From: an uncultured Chthonomonadaceae bacterium
Lineage (GTDB): Bacteria; Armatimonadota; Chthonomonadetes; Chthonomonadales; Chthonomonadaceae
Length of the DNA: 64,000 nucleotides
NCBI GenBank assembly: GCA_963835065.1
Contig: CAWIEK010000011.1
Span: 105,145 to 169,144, forward strand
Direction of reading: 5' to 3'
Positions 30,664-41,509 of the stretch are shown piece after piece. The notes under the pieces are model-generated. The model searched no databases, was not told the origin of the DNA, and saw nothing but the letters and a program-made list of their open reading frames with translations. The position numbers and the translations under genes are program-made. Each line of letters opens with the position of its first letter. Positions within the stretch are counted from its first letter, which is position 1.

Positions 30664-32743
30664 ATGGCTGATGAATCTTCCGCCGCGTCCACGCTGACGG
30701 CTGCGCAACTGGTTGCGGATCGGTATCGCCAGATACATCTGGATTTTCATACGTCGCCCTTGATCCCGGATGTCGGCGCGGAGTTCGACGCCGAGCGGTT
30801 TGCCGATACGCTTGCCGATGCCCGCGTCAACTGGGTCACGTTGTTCGGGAAATGCCATCATGGGATGAGCTATTATCCGACCAAAGCCAAATTGGGCATG
30901 ATGCACCCCGGCTTGAAGTTCGATCTGTTGGGCGCGCAAATCGAAGCCTGCAAGAAGCGGGGGATTGCTACGCCCGTATACATTTCGGCGCGCGTGGATC
31001 AGCACATCGGCATGACGCGCCCCGACCTGCTGTGCCGATTGGAAGACGGCAAATTGTGGGGGCCGGCGTACAACGAAGCCAAATGGTATCAGGTGTGCCT
31101 GAATAACACGGAGTACATTGACTACCTTGCCGAGCAAACGCGGGAAGTGTTCGCCAATTATGACGCGGACGGCATCTTTTACGATATGTGCTATTACCCG
31201 CCCGACCCCGGCTGTTTTTGCGAAAAATGCCTTGCGCGACTGGAAGCGAACGGACATAAGCGTGACGATAAAGCCGCGCACCGCCGCCAAACGTTCCAAA
31301 TCCTGCGCGAATACAGCACCCGGCTTGCCTCCTTGTGCAAGGAACTTCGCCCCAACGCCACCACCTTTTTCAACTCCCGCGTCACGCCCAACGTACACCG
31401 GGAACTGGATGTGCTGACGCATCTGGAAATCGAATCCCTGACGACGGGCGGGTGGGGCTATCTGTATTTCCCGTGCCATTCGCGCGTTGTCCGAACCTAT
31501 GACCGACCCTTGCAGGGCATGACCGCCCGGTTCCACAAATCGTGGGCGGATTTCGGCGGCCTGAAAACAACCGCGCAACTGCATTATGAAGCCGCGACGA
31601 TTCTGGCTGCAAACGGCGTTCTCAACATCGGCGACCAACTGCACCCGCGCGGCACACTGGACACAGGCGCGTATCAGGTCATTGGCGACACTTTTAAGAA
31701 GGTGGAAGCGGTTGAGGAATACTGCCGCAACGCCCGTCCGCTTGCCGACATCGCCGTACTGCTGCTGCCCGACAATCAGGACATTGCCGAAAATGGTGAG
31801 CAGGACACGCGCGGTATGGTGAAGATGGACACCAACATCGAGGGCGCGGCTGCCGTCCTTGCCGCCTTGAAGCACCAGTGGAACGGCGAAACGCCCGACC
31901 GAGACAACCTGAACAACTACAAAGTGGTTATCATTCCCGACAAAGGCTATGTGTCACCGGAAATGCGCGTTCGTCTGGAAGCGTTTCTGAGGAATGGCGG
32001 CAAAATCCTGTTTTCGCATGAGGCCGGATTGCAGGATGGACAATTCAACATCCCCAATTCGCCCGTTCGCTATATCCGCGAGTGTCCCTACACGCCTTCC
32101 TATATGAAACTTGGCGACGTGTTAGGAGCCGGTCTGCCGGACAGCGAGTTCGTCAACTATCGCGCCGGTTCCTATGTGGAAGCCGTTGAGGTAAGAACCG
32201 CGCTCGGCCAGGTACTGGAGCCGTACTTCAACCGCGCTCCTGAACATTTCTCCTCCCATGCGCAAACGCCACACGATAAGTTGACAGACTTTCCCGTCGC
32301 CGTAATCGGGCCTTACGATGCCAGCGCGTACATTTATGCCGCCGTGTTTCGGGGATACCGCGAAGACGCCTTCTTCGTCTATAAAGAAATCATCGGGCGG
32401 GTGCTGAAACGACTGCTTCCCGAACCCTTAGTGCGTCCGGGGCAGAACGTGTCGCCCGCTATGGAAATCGCCGTACTGAGCCAGCCGTCTCACAACCGGC
32501 TTGTCGCGCATGTCGTCAACTTCCAGCCGCAGCGCCGCACGTCCACCAACGAGTTCATCGAAGAAGCCACGCCCGTCAACAACATCACCTTCGCCGTCCG
32601 CACCCAAACCGCGCCAACGCGCGTGACTGCTCGTTCCTTCCGGCGAAGAGATCGCGTTCGAGCAGCAGGGTTCGTACTGCCAACTAACGCTGCCCGTCCT
32701 TTTGACGCAGCAGATTGTTGCTTTTGAGGGTGTGAGTGTGTAA
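30664..32743 (+). CDS. Putative glycoside hydrolase (GHL6 / beta-galactosidase trimerisation-like); frameshift near 32628
   Basis: RQIHLDFHTS, FGKCHHG.SYYPT, DGIFYD, HLEIESL, GMT.RFHKSWADFGG; plausible tail in another frame ending at 32743. Confidence 0.85.
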
Positions 32744-32874
32744 GCACATAAGTGTAAGCAAGCCATAAGCAGGAACATTGCGGCGGCTTTGACTGTAATT
32801 CATGCGCGGCAGTTACCAATTGCCGCGCAGAAAACAAAAACAGGGTTTATCCAAACCCAAATGGAGAACAGAGA

Positions 32875-33933
32875 ATGCAGGATGATTCCTTTGAGTTTTT
32901 GCGGCAGATCGTCAATACGCCCGGACCGTCGGGGTACGAGCAGGCTGTGCAGAAGGTTTTTCGTGAGCGCATACAGCCCTATGCGGACGAAGTGCGTACC
33001 GACATCATGGGCAGTGTGATCGCAGCCAAAAATCTACAGTCCACAACCCGCGTGATGCTGGCCGGCCATGCGGACGAAATTGGCTTCATTGTCCGCTACA
33101 TCAGCGACGACGGCTGCATTTATTTCGGGCAGATCGGCGGGCATGATGCCATTGTCGCAGTGGGGCAGCGCGTCCAAATCCACACGGAAAAGGGACCGAT
33201 TTTGGGCGTGTTGGGACGCAAGGCCATTCATCTGCTCGACAGCGCCGAGCGCGACAAAGTGCCGAAAACCGATGAACTGTGGATTGACATCGGCGTTTCC
33301 ACGCGCAAGGAAGCGGAAGAACTGGTGCAAATCGGCGACTGCATCACGTATGCGCAGGAATTGCAGCGGCTGCAGGGCGAACGCTGTACGGCCCGCAGTT
33401 TCGACAACAAAATGGGGTGTTTCGTGGTAGCGGAAGCCATGCGCCTGCTGCAAGGCAAACAGCTTAATTGCGGAGTCTACGCTGTCGCCAACGTTCAGGA
33501 AGAGATCGGACTGCGCGGGGCGCGAACGGCCAGTTTCAGCATTGACCCGCTTGTGGGCATTGCGACCGATGTGGGCCACGCGATGGACTTTCCCGGCGCG
33601 GACAAAAAGAAAGTAGGGGATATTAAACTCGGTGGCGGGCCGGTGATCGGCAGAGGCGCGAACATCAACCCCAAAGTGTTCGCTATGCTGGTGCAGACCG
33701 CCAAAGACCTCGAAATACCCTACCAGATCGAAGCGTTCGGCGGCGGCACGGGCACGGACGCCAATGCCATGCAGGTCAGCCGGGCAGGTATGGCAACCGG
33801 CCTGCTGTCCGTTCCCCTGCGCTACATGCACACGCCTTGTGAAGTGATGTCGCTGGACGACATTGAAAACACCGCCCGCCTGATGGCCGGCTTCGTCGAG
33901 CGCGTCACCCCGGACATTGACTGGACGCCATAG
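32875..33933 (+). CDS. M42 family metallopeptidase
   Basis: PSGYE, GHADEIG, DNK.G, QEEIGLRGA, GTDA, LRYMHTP. Confidence 0.95.
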   Translation: MQDDSFEFLRQIVNTPGPSGYEQAVQKVFRERIQPYADEVRTDIMGSVIAAKNLQSTTRVMLAGHADEIGFIVRYISDDGCIYFGQIGGHDAIVAVGQRVQIHTEKGPILGVLGRKAIHLLDSAERDKVPKTDELWIDIGVSTRKEAEELVQIGDCITYAQELQRLQGERCTARSFDNKMGCFVVAEAMRLLQGKQLNCGVYAVANVQEEIGLRGARTASFSIDPLVGIATDVGHAMDFPGADKKKVGDIKLGGGPVIGRGANINPKVFAMLVQTAKDLEIPYQIEAFGGGTGTDANAMQVSRAGMATGLLSVPLRYMHTPCEVMSLDDIENTARLMAGFVERVTPDIDWTP

Positions 33934-33934
33934 G

Positions 33935-34287
33935 AGAAATAACCACCCGCTGCGCTAGAGACACAGAGACACAGAGGAAAAAGAATGCGAGGAAAAACAA
34001 AGAAAAGGAGAGGAGAGATGGAAACCGCGAAACACACGAAATAAACGAAAAAGAACCAAAAGATTACGAAGAACGGAAAGAACAAGAGAAACGCCGTACC
34101 AAAACCCTGTGAAGTGACTGCTCCTCTTTGCCTTCTTTGCCTCTTTGCGGTTCTTTTTGTTTTTCTTTTCTCCCCTTTTCGTTTCCTTCGTGTGTTTCGC
34201 GGTTCCCCTCTCTCCTCTTCTGTTTTTCTCGCATCGGCTTTTCCTCTGTGTCTCTGTGTCTCTAGCCGCAGGCGGGTGGTTATTTCT
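33935..34287. repeat. Nested ~350-bp palindrome built from 9-mer repeat modules
   Basis: agaaataaccacccgc / gcgggtggttatttct; perfect 27-bp ctagagacacagagacacagaggaaaa pair; inner aaccgcgaaacacacgaa pair. Confidence 0.9.
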
Positions 34288-35083
34288 TCTTCCACTGCGG
34301 GGTTTCAATCTCGCTGTGTTCGGCGGTGAAGGACTCGCCGCGCAGTTTGGCTCCCACGCGGCGGATGGTGTCGTAGGTGGGGCTGATGCCGGTTTTGCCG
34401 CGCAATAAGGAATGGAACAGGGCGGGGTCGCGCTGCTGTACGGCTTGCAGGAGGGCGTCAACCTGTATTTCTAAGGCGCGTTCCTGGGCGTGGAGGAAGC
34501 GTTTGCGGTTGAAGCCGGGGGCGGTTGTGGAAATGCGTTCGATGGGCGCGACGGACACGAACGCTTCGGGCAGGCGCTCATTCCAGAACTCGTAGTGGAA
34601 GGCGACACGGGTGTAGTAGAAATCTTCCAGGCCGGCAGCCAGATAGCCCAGTCCGGGCTGAAAGGTCATCGGGCGGGCGTAATTGGACAGCATCGCGCCC
34701 TGCGGCGTCAGCCAGAGTGAGCGGCGCTTGCCTTTAAGCAGGTTTTGGCTGTAATTTAGAAATTCTTTAGCTCCGCTCAAAGAAGTGCGGTCTACGCCGA
34801 TCACGCCCAAGCGGGTAAAGAACGTGTACCGCTCCAACTGCCGCGCATCCATCACGGTGTACCACTCCCAGCCGAACAACTCGGTTTCCACCAACAGCCC
34901 CAGCAGCACGTCCCACCAACTGCTGTGGTTGACGCAGACCAGAAGGGGCGTGTGTCCGTCGTCCTCCCATTGCGGCCTTTCGCCAAGCAAGTGAACAGCA
35001 TGAAAACTGCGCCGCAGATAGTGGCGCGTATACAGCAGAAAATAGTGTTCGAGTAAAGGCCATTTGCCTGCCGGGATCAACAT
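34280..35083 (-). CDS. Lysophospholipid (PlsC-like) acyltransferase, probably leaderless
   Basis: NHSSWWD (HxxxxD) motif, PQG; TG-g-TACAAT 6 nt upstream of the ATG. Confidence 0.88.
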   Translation of the reverse strand: MLIPAGKWPLLEHYFLLYTRHYLRRSFHAVHLLGERPQWEDDGHTPLLVCVNHSSWWDVLLGLLVETELFGWEWYTVMDARQLERYTFFTRLGVIGVDRTSLSGAKEFLNYSQNLLKGKRRSLWLTPQGAMLSNYARPMTFQPGLGYLAAGLEDFYYTRVAFHYEFWNERLPEAFVSVAPIERISTTAPGFNRKRFLHAQERALEIQVDALLQAVQQRDPALFHSLLRGKTGISPTYDTIRRVGAKLRGESFTAEHSEIETPQWKKK

Positions 35084-35282
35084 ACGTATATTGTACCAGA
35101 ACGGCCATAAAGGAAAAAATAATTGTTGGAATTTTATTGTTAAACGGTTATAAACCCCTTGACACTTCTCAAAAATGAGACTATAATGGACGCGGCAATG
35201 GGAGAAGCAGTCAGAAATTATTTCATAATTGGAAATTCCTGTTGCGAGACAACCCTTGTCAGATGACGATTGTGAGGCGAGT

Positions 35283-35864
35283 ATGACATCAGATGATGCG
35301 GCAGAATTTGAAGAAGCGGATACGAAGGCGGATGAGGCTGCGTCTCCCATCTCTACTGCGGACGTGGTATGGCATCCGATTCGGCTGCGCATTATGAACG
35401 CGCTGTCTCCCAACCGCCGCCTGACAACGCCGCAGATCGGCGCGCTGTTGCCGGATGTCGCCACACCCTCGCTTTACCGCCATTTGAAAACGCTCGTGGA
35501 CGCGGAAGTGGTGCAGTTGATTGAAACGCCAACGCCGCGAGGCACAATGGAGAAGCAGTACACTCTGCCGGAGCAGGAGACGGTTGTGGACCTTGCCAAC
35601 GCGCGCCCTGAAGACCTGGTGCGCTATTTCACGACCTTTGCCAGCGCTTTGCTCACGTCCGGGCGGCAGTTTTTCGGCCAGCCGGACGCGGAAAAACGGC
35701 GGGGTGGCAACTACTCCGCCAATGCCCTTTACCTGACGGAAAAGGAGTACGAATACTTCTGCGCGGCGCTGGAAGGATTATCCAATCTGGCGAAAATGAA
35801 CCGGCCCGAAGAGGGACGCCGCCGCCGCATGTTTTATACGGCTATTTTGCCGGAGGGAGAATAA
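35283..35864 (+). CDS. ArsR-like winged HTH regulator
   Basis: HPIRLRI...LT..QI...L.DV..PSLYRHL..L...RG..EK.Y. Confidence 0.88.
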   Translation: MTSDDAAEFEEADTKADEAASPISTADVVWHPIRLRIMNALSPNRRLTTPQIGALLPDVATPSLYRHLKTLVDAEVVQLIETPTPRGTMEKQYTLPEQETVVDLANARPEDLVRYFTTFASALLTSGRQFFGQPDAEKRRGGNYSANALYLTEKEYEYFCAALEGLSNLAKMNRPEEGRRRRMFYTAILPEGE

Positions 35865-35868
35865 ACGT

Positions 35869-38800
35869 ATGCCCGGATATTATCGCTATCCCACTATTCA
35901 CGACGACACGCTTGTTTTTGTCTCGGAAGACGATCTTTGGACGGTTTCTGCCGAAGGCGGCATTGCCCGCCGCCTGACAGCCAATCTGGGAACCATTTCA
36001 CACCCCTTCTTTTCCCCGGATGGCAGTCGGCTTGCGTTTACCGGGCGCGAAGAGGGGCACAATGAAGTGTACGTCATGCCGGCTGAAGGCGGGCCGGTGA
36101 AGCGCGTCACGTATCTCGGCGTGAGCAGCGCGGTCATTGGCTGGACACCGGACGGCAGTAATATCCTGTTTTCCAGCGACTACCGCCAGCCCATTGACCG
36201 CATCGGGTTCGCGTATGCGGTCAGCCCGGAAGGTGGGGAACCGGAACCCTATCCCGTCGGCCACGCGGTCAGCATCGCCATTGACGGCAAGGGACGAACG
36301 GTTATCGGGCGCAACAACAACGACCCGGCCCGCTGGAAACGCTACAAGGGCGGCACGGCGGGGGATATATGGGTAGACGTGGAAGGCAACGGCGCGTTCA
36401 AGCGCCTGCTGCAACTCAAAGGCAACGTCGCGCGGCCTTTGTGGTTTGGCGACAAAATCATATTTTTGTCCGACCATGAGGGCGTGGGCAATCTGTACTC
36501 GTGTAATCTGGAGGGGAGTGACGTTCAGCGCCTGACCAATCAGCGGGAGTATTTTGTACGCTTCCCCAACAGCGACGGCAAGCGAATCGCCTACCATGCG
36601 GGCAGTGACTTGTACGTGTTCGACCCGGCGACAAATACTGAGAAGAAAGTAGATATTGCCTATCACAGTTCGCTGACCCACCGGCAGCGCAAATTTGTGG
36701 AAGCGGCGAAGTACATGGAAAGTTACGCCCTGCATCCCAAAGGCCATTCGCTGGCAATCACGTCACGGGGCAAAAGTTTCACACTGGGCAATTTCGAGGG
36801 CGCGGTCACGCCACAGGGCGGCGAGAACGCTCCCCTGCGCTACCGACTGACCGCGTGGCTCAACGACGGCGAGCGCGTTGTAACAGTGACGGACAGGGGC
36901 GGCGTGGAAACGCTGGAAATCCATGCCGTCAAAGGCAATGCGGAACCTGTCCGTCTGGAAGGTCTGGACATCGGGCGTCCTACCGGCCTGCGCGTGTCGC
37001 CGACTGCCGATGAAGTAGTGTTGAGCAACCATCGCAACGAACTGCTGGTCGTGGATTTGACGGCAAAAACCATGCAGCAGATAGATAAAAGCCCGGCGCG
37101 GCATATTCAGGGCATGAATTGGTCGGGAGATGGCCGCTGGATCGCGTATGGCTTCGGAATCAGCTCGTACCAGACAGAAATCCGGGTTTGGGACAAAACG
37201 ACGAGCGAAAAGCGAACCGTGACAAAGCCCGTTCTGCACGACACGGAACCCGCTTTCGACCCGGACGGCAAATTCCTGTACTTCATCGGCAGCCGCCAAC
37301 TGAACCCCGTATACGACAACCTCCACTTCGATCTAGGCTTCCCCAAAGGCCAGCGCCCCTACCTGCTGACCCTCCGCGCCGACCTGCCGACGCCGTTTAC
37401 GCTAAAGCCGGGTGAAGAAGATAAGGAAGAAGAGAAGAAGCGAAGAAAAGAAGAAGAGGAGAAGGGGAGCGGCGAAAACGGCGACAAGGACAAGGAAGAC
37501 GACGAAGCCGAAACCCCAACACCCAACACCCAACACCCAACACCCGTAACGATTGATTTCGACGGTATTGAAAACCGCGTGGTGGCGTTTCCGGTTGCGG
37601 ATGGATTGTACGCGCAGATTGCAGGGATGAAGGGCAAGGCGCTGTTCACGTCGTTCCCCGTAGAAGGCGCGATTGGGCAGGATGCGTTTGGGAACGAGCG
37701 CCCGCCGAAAGGTTCGCTCGAATCGTTCAATTTCAAAGACCTCAAGCACGAAACGCTGGTGTCGGGCATGACCGATTTCGAGGTTTCGCAGAACGGCAAA
37801 ATGCTGGCGTACCGCGCCAACCGCAAACTGCGCATTTTGCGGGCGGGCGAAAAGCCGGATGAAAAGAGCGGCAATGATCCGGGACGCAAAAGCGGATGGG
37901 TGGATTTGAAGCGCGTCCGCGTCGCGGTTGATCCGGGCAACGAGTGGCAGCAGATGGCGCGGGAAGCGTGGCGGCTGCAGCGCGAGTATTTCTGGACGGA
38001 GAATATGTCGTCTGTAGACTGGCAGGCCGTTTGGGAACGGTACGCGCCGCTTATAGAACGGGTCGGAACGCGGGGCGAGCTGTCCGATCTGCTGTGGGAA
38101 ATGCAGGGCGAATTGGGCACGTCCCACGCCTACGAAATGGGCGGCGATTACCGGGCGGAACCCTCGTATCCGCAGGGCTTTTTGGGCGCGGATTACGATT
38201 ACGACGCGGCTTCGGACGCTTATGTGATTTCGCGGATTGTGGTCGGCTCGCCCGGAGAAGCGCGGGCAAGTTCGCCCTTGATCGCGCCGGGAGTCAATGT
38301 CAAAACCGGGGATAAACTGCGGGCGATCAACGGGCGCAAAGTCAGCCGCACCGATCCGCCGAATGAATTGCTTGTCCATCTGGCCGACAGTGAAGTGACC
38401 CTGACGATTGAGGACGCGGACGGCAAAACGCGGGATGTGTCCGTGAAAACCCTGCGCTCCGAGGTTCCCGCCCGGTATCGGGAATGGGTGGAGGCGAACC
38501 GGGAGCAGGTGCATAAAGCGACAAACGGGCGCGTGGGTTACGTGCATATCCCCGACATGGGAGCGCACGGCTACGCGGAATTCCACCGTACCTATCTGGC
38601 GGAAGTGGCGTATGACGGCCTGATTGTGGACGTGCGTTACAACCGGGGCGGGCATGTGTCGCAGCTGCTGATCGAAAAACTGGCGCGTAAGCGCGTGGGT
38701 TACGACATACAGCGGTGGGGTGAGCCGGAACCATACCCCTCGTATTCGCCCGCCGGCCCGCTTGTGGCGATTACCAACCAGTGGGCAGGTTCGGACGGCG

Positions 38801-39141
38801 ACATTTTCAGCCACGTGTGGAAACTGATGAAACTTGGCCCGCTGATTGGTAAGCGAACGTGGGGCGGCGTCATCGGCATCTGGCCTCGCAACCCGCTTGC
38901 GGACGGAGCCATTACGAGCCAGCCGGAGTTTTCGTTCTGGTTTCAGGACGTAGGCTGGGGCGTGGAAAACTACGGAACCGACCCCGACATAGACATAGAC
39001 ATCGCGCCGCAGGATTACGTGAGCGGCTACGACCCGCAGATGGAAAAAGCGCTCAGTCTCATCAACGAAGCGCTCGAAGCCAATCCGCCCGTCAAGCCGT
39101 CCTTTGCGGATAGGCCAAACCTCGCCGCGCAAATGCCGTAG
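35869..39141 (+). CDS. Tricorn protease (S41 family, PDZ)
   Basis: GYYRYPTI, RWKRYKGG.AG, GEL.TSHAY, GYVHIPDM, AGSDGD, GKRTWGGVIG. Confidence 0.96.
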   Translation: MPGYYRYPTIHDDTLVFVSEDDLWTVSAEGGIARRLTANLGTISHPFFSPDGSRLAFTGREEGHNEVYVMPAEGGPVKRVTYLGVSSAVIGWTPDGSNILFSSDYRQPIDRIGFAYAVSPEGGEPEPYPVGHAVSIAIDGKGRTVIGRNNNDPARWKRYKGGTAGDIWVDVEGNGAFKRLLQLKGNVARPLWFGDKIIFLSDHEGVGNLYSCNLEGSDVQRLTNQREYFVRFPNSDGKRIAYHAGSDLYVFDPATNTEKKVDIAYHSSLTHRQRKFVEAAKYMESYALHPKGHSLAITSRGKSFTLGNFEGAVTPQGGENAPLRYRLTAWLNDGERVVTVTDRGGVETLEIHAVKGNAEPVRLEGLDIGRPTGLRVSPTADEVVLSNHRNELLVVDLTAKTMQQIDKSPARHIQGMNWSGDGRWIAYGFGISSYQTEIRVWDKTTSEKRTVTKPVLHDTEPAFDPDGKFLYFIGSRQLNPVYDNLHFDLGFPKGQRPYLLTLRADLPTPFTLKPGEEDKEEEKKRRKEEEEKGSGENGDKDKEDDEAETPTPNTQHPTPVTIDFDGIENRVVAFPVADGLYAQIAGMKGKALFTSFPVEGAIGQDAFGNERPPKGSLESFNFKDLKHETLVSGMTDFEVSQNGKMLAYRANRKLRILRAGEKPDEKSGNDPGRKSGWVDLKRVRVAVDPGNEWQQMAREAWRLQREYFWTENMSSVDWQAVWERYAPLIERVGTRGELSDLLWEMQGELGTSHAYEMGGDYRAEPSYPQGFLGADYDYDAASDAYVISRIVVGSPGEARASSPLIAPGVNVKTGDKLRAINGRKVSRTDPPNELLVHLADSEVTLTIEDADGKTRDVSVKTLRSEVPARYREWVEANREQVHKATNGRVGYVHIPDMGAHGYAEFHRTYLAEVAYDGLIVDVRYNRGGHVSQLLIEKLARKRVGYDIQRWGEPEPYPSYSPAGPLVAITNQWAGSDGDIFSHVWKLMKLGPLIGKRTWGGVIGIWPRNPLADGAITSQPEFSFWFQDVGWGVENYGTDPDIDIDIAPQDYVSGYDPQMEKALSLINEALEANPPVKPSFADRPNLAAQMP

Positions 39142-39242
39142 AGCAGGCAGTAGGCAGTAGAAATCAGTTATTGCTGCAGCAGGACAGTGCCGGTATGTTG
39201 ACACTTCCATTGCTTCCCAAGTTACGCAGGAGCCTCTAAATT

Positions 39243-40334
39243 ATGAACGCATCCCTACGAACCGCGCTGAGGCGCATGTGCAGCAGTGTTGTATTTGCAA
39301 TGTCAGGCATCTTCCTGCTGGGATTCGCGTCGAAGCATGAATCTGAGCAACCTGCCTACATCCTGACGGATCTGGGTGCGAGCGTAAGCCCGACCGACAT
39401 CAATAATAAAGGCCAGATTGTCGGAACGTTTGCCCGAGGACCCGGTATGAGGAGTGCCAAATCGTTTATTTACGAAGCGGGCAAAAGGCGAACGCTGCCG
39501 ATTTCAGGGGATTTTACCGCTGTATATGCCAACCGCATCAATGAAGCTGGAATAGTTGTCGGTACCATGCGAACGGCGGTGTCTACTCAGGGTGATCGTG
39601 GGTTTCGCTACGATTCTGTGCGCAACCTGATGGAACTGATTCCAACATTAGGAGGCAAATCCAGTCATGCTTGGGATGTAAACGCCGCCGGTCAAATTGT
39701 GGGCGATGCAGATGCCCCTGCAACACAGGCAAGCTTTTTTAAACGTTCTCGTGCCTTTATCTTCAAAGATGCTCGCATAACGGACATCAACACCCTCGAT
39801 GGGGAAGACAGCAACGCCATTGCATACGCAATTAACAATGCCGGACAGGTAGTGGGTAACTCAATGCATTTGCCTGTCAGAGAGGGATGGGAAGCTTTCC
39901 TCTATAAAGATGGCAAAATGGTTGGGCTTGGCACACTTGGGGGCAGAGACAGCGAAGCGGAGGGGATCAATGACAAAGGCCAGGTAGTTGGCAACTCTGA
40001 TGTGAAAGGTGATAATTATACACACGCCTTTTTATATGATAGAGGCAAGATGAAAGATATTTACCCGTCTGCTCGCTCCGAGGTAAGAGCCAAAGCCATC
40101 AACAATCAGGGGCAAATCGTGGGGACATATCATATCCTCTCCACAAAACCTTATGATCACTTGCATGGTTTCCTGTGGAAAAACGGCAATCTCTTGGATC
40201 TGAACCGCTTAATGCCACACACGGACTGGATACTGGCATACCCGGAGTTGATAAATGACAAAGGACAAATTGTTGGCGTAGGAATTTACAAGGAGCGCGA
40301 ACGCGGTTTTCTACTCACACCAGTCTCTCGATGA
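39243..40334 (+). CDS. Extracellular HAF-repeat protein
   Basis: Repeated LGTLGG..S.A..IN..GQVVG...HAF units; signal peptide. Confidence 0.9.
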   Translation: MNASLRTALRRMCSSVVFAMSGIFLLGFASKHESEQPAYILTDLGASVSPTDINNKGQIVGTFARGPGMRSAKSFIYEAGKRRTLPISGDFTAVYANRINEAGIVVGTMRTAVSTQGDRGFRYDSVRNLMELIPTLGGKSSHAWDVNAAGQIVGDADAPATQASFFKRSRAFIFKDARITDINTLDGEDSNAIAYAINNAGQVVGNSMHLPVREGWEAFLYKDGKMVGLGTLGGRDSEAEGINDKGQVVGNSDVKGDNYTHAFLYDRGKMKDIYPSARSEVRAKAINNQGQIVGTYHILSTKPYDHLHGFLWKNGNLLDLNRLMPHTDWILAYPELINDKGQIVGVGIYKERERGFLLTPVSR

Positions 40335-40556
40335 CAAGCATCAACTCGGTACGAGTACGCACAATCCGGCATCGTCATAACGTGAAATTGAGAAGGAGAG
40401 ACGATGAATTATCTCAGCCTTTGTCAAGAGAGAGTTCCAATTATGCGATCCGAAACCTACGTGTCTCCATCGGTCACGCTCAACGCGACGGCTTTAAAGG
40501 ACCACCTTAGCTCTTGAATTATCATTATCGGTGCAAGACCATACATCACGGCTGTC

Positions 40557-40808
40557 CGTATAGAAGTGAAAAGTTTTCGCAGCGCATCGGCGATATACGA
40601 GTTTCATCAGGCATTGGGACAGTACATTGGGTATCGTGATCTGCTGGCAGAGTTGGGACGGCCATACCGCATCTATCTTGCGCTTACAGATGAAGCGTAT
40701 CAGACAATATCTGATATTGATGCCGTGCAGGTTATATGTGAGCGGCAGCGCGTTCTCTTGTTGGTTGTGGATGCGCAACGGGAAGAGGTGAAGGAGTGGA
40801 TAGAGTAG
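40557..40808 (+). pseudogene. xisH: XisH family protein, N-terminally truncated
   Basis: IEVKSF...S.I.EFH.ALGQY..YR..L....R.YLA; the XisH N-terminus is not recognisable upstream. Confidence 0.75.
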
Positions 40809-41137
40809 CCGAGTATCGGGAGATTATCAAGCGCCTGTTGCGCGAGCGCGAACGCATGGCGCAGTTTGCCTTGCCGGAAGACTTGGAAGTGCGCTGTTTC
40901 TTTGATGATGAACGAGGGCAATACACCCTGATAACATTGGGATGGATGAAGCGCAGGCGTATCAGCGGCAACACGCTTTTTCTTACCCTCCGCGGACAGC
41001 AAATCTGGATTGAAGAAGACATGACCGACGCGCCCATTGCCGACGACCTGATTGCGGAAAGTGTTCCGCCGCAGGACGTTGTACTTGCCTTCCATTCTCC
41101 GGTCACGCGCCAATACGCAGAAACCGCCGCCGCATGA
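40796..41137 (+). CDS. xisI: XisI family protein
   Basis: FD.ER.QY.L...GW, IWIEED.T...IA.DL, VVLAFH.P..R. Confidence 0.9.
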   Translation: MDRVAEYREIIKRLLRERERMAQFALPEDLEVRCFFDDERGQYTLITLGWMKRRRISGNTLFLTLRGQQIWIEEDMTDAPIADDLIAESVPPQDVVLAFHSPVTRQYAETAAA

Positions 41138-41204
41138 ACATCGCGCAAAGTTAAGAAAAACATCAAGCGAGACTATGATACACGGATATTTGGAGGAAAG
41201 AGAA

Positions 41205-41504
41205 ATGGATGCTTCTCAATATCAACGCTGGCAAAGTCTGCATGGCCGCAGAATGTCGGGAGAAACGTTGAGTTTGGAAGAACAAGCGGATTACGATACT
41301 GCCTGCCGCGAACTTGACGCTGAGGAACAACAGCAATTAGACGGCAACCTTCAACTTCTGCGTAATCTGCGCGTTCAAATCGCACAAGCCGATACGGAAA
41401 CCCAGCGTCTGCGGCAGGAAGTTATTCAACAGGACGCGCGCATTGCACTGTTGGAAGCCCACTTAGATTCGCGGACGCGGCAGCTATTGGGTATTGGAAA
41501 CTAG
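41205..41504 (+). CDS. Small coiled-coil hypothetical protein
   Basis: GGAGG RBS; helical 99-aa ORF coupled to the HNH gene. Confidence 0.65.
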   Translation: MDASQYQRWQSLHGRRMSGETLSLEEQADYDTACRELDAEEQQQLDGNLQLLRNLRVQIAQADTETQRLRQEVIQQDARIALLEAHLDSRTRQLLGIGN

Positions 41505-41509
41505 ACCCG

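Noticed and set aside
33822..34461. Lys/Arg-rich and Phe/Leu-rich ORFs over the large palindrome
   Set aside because: Translations of purine and pyrimidine repeat arms, not protein-like.
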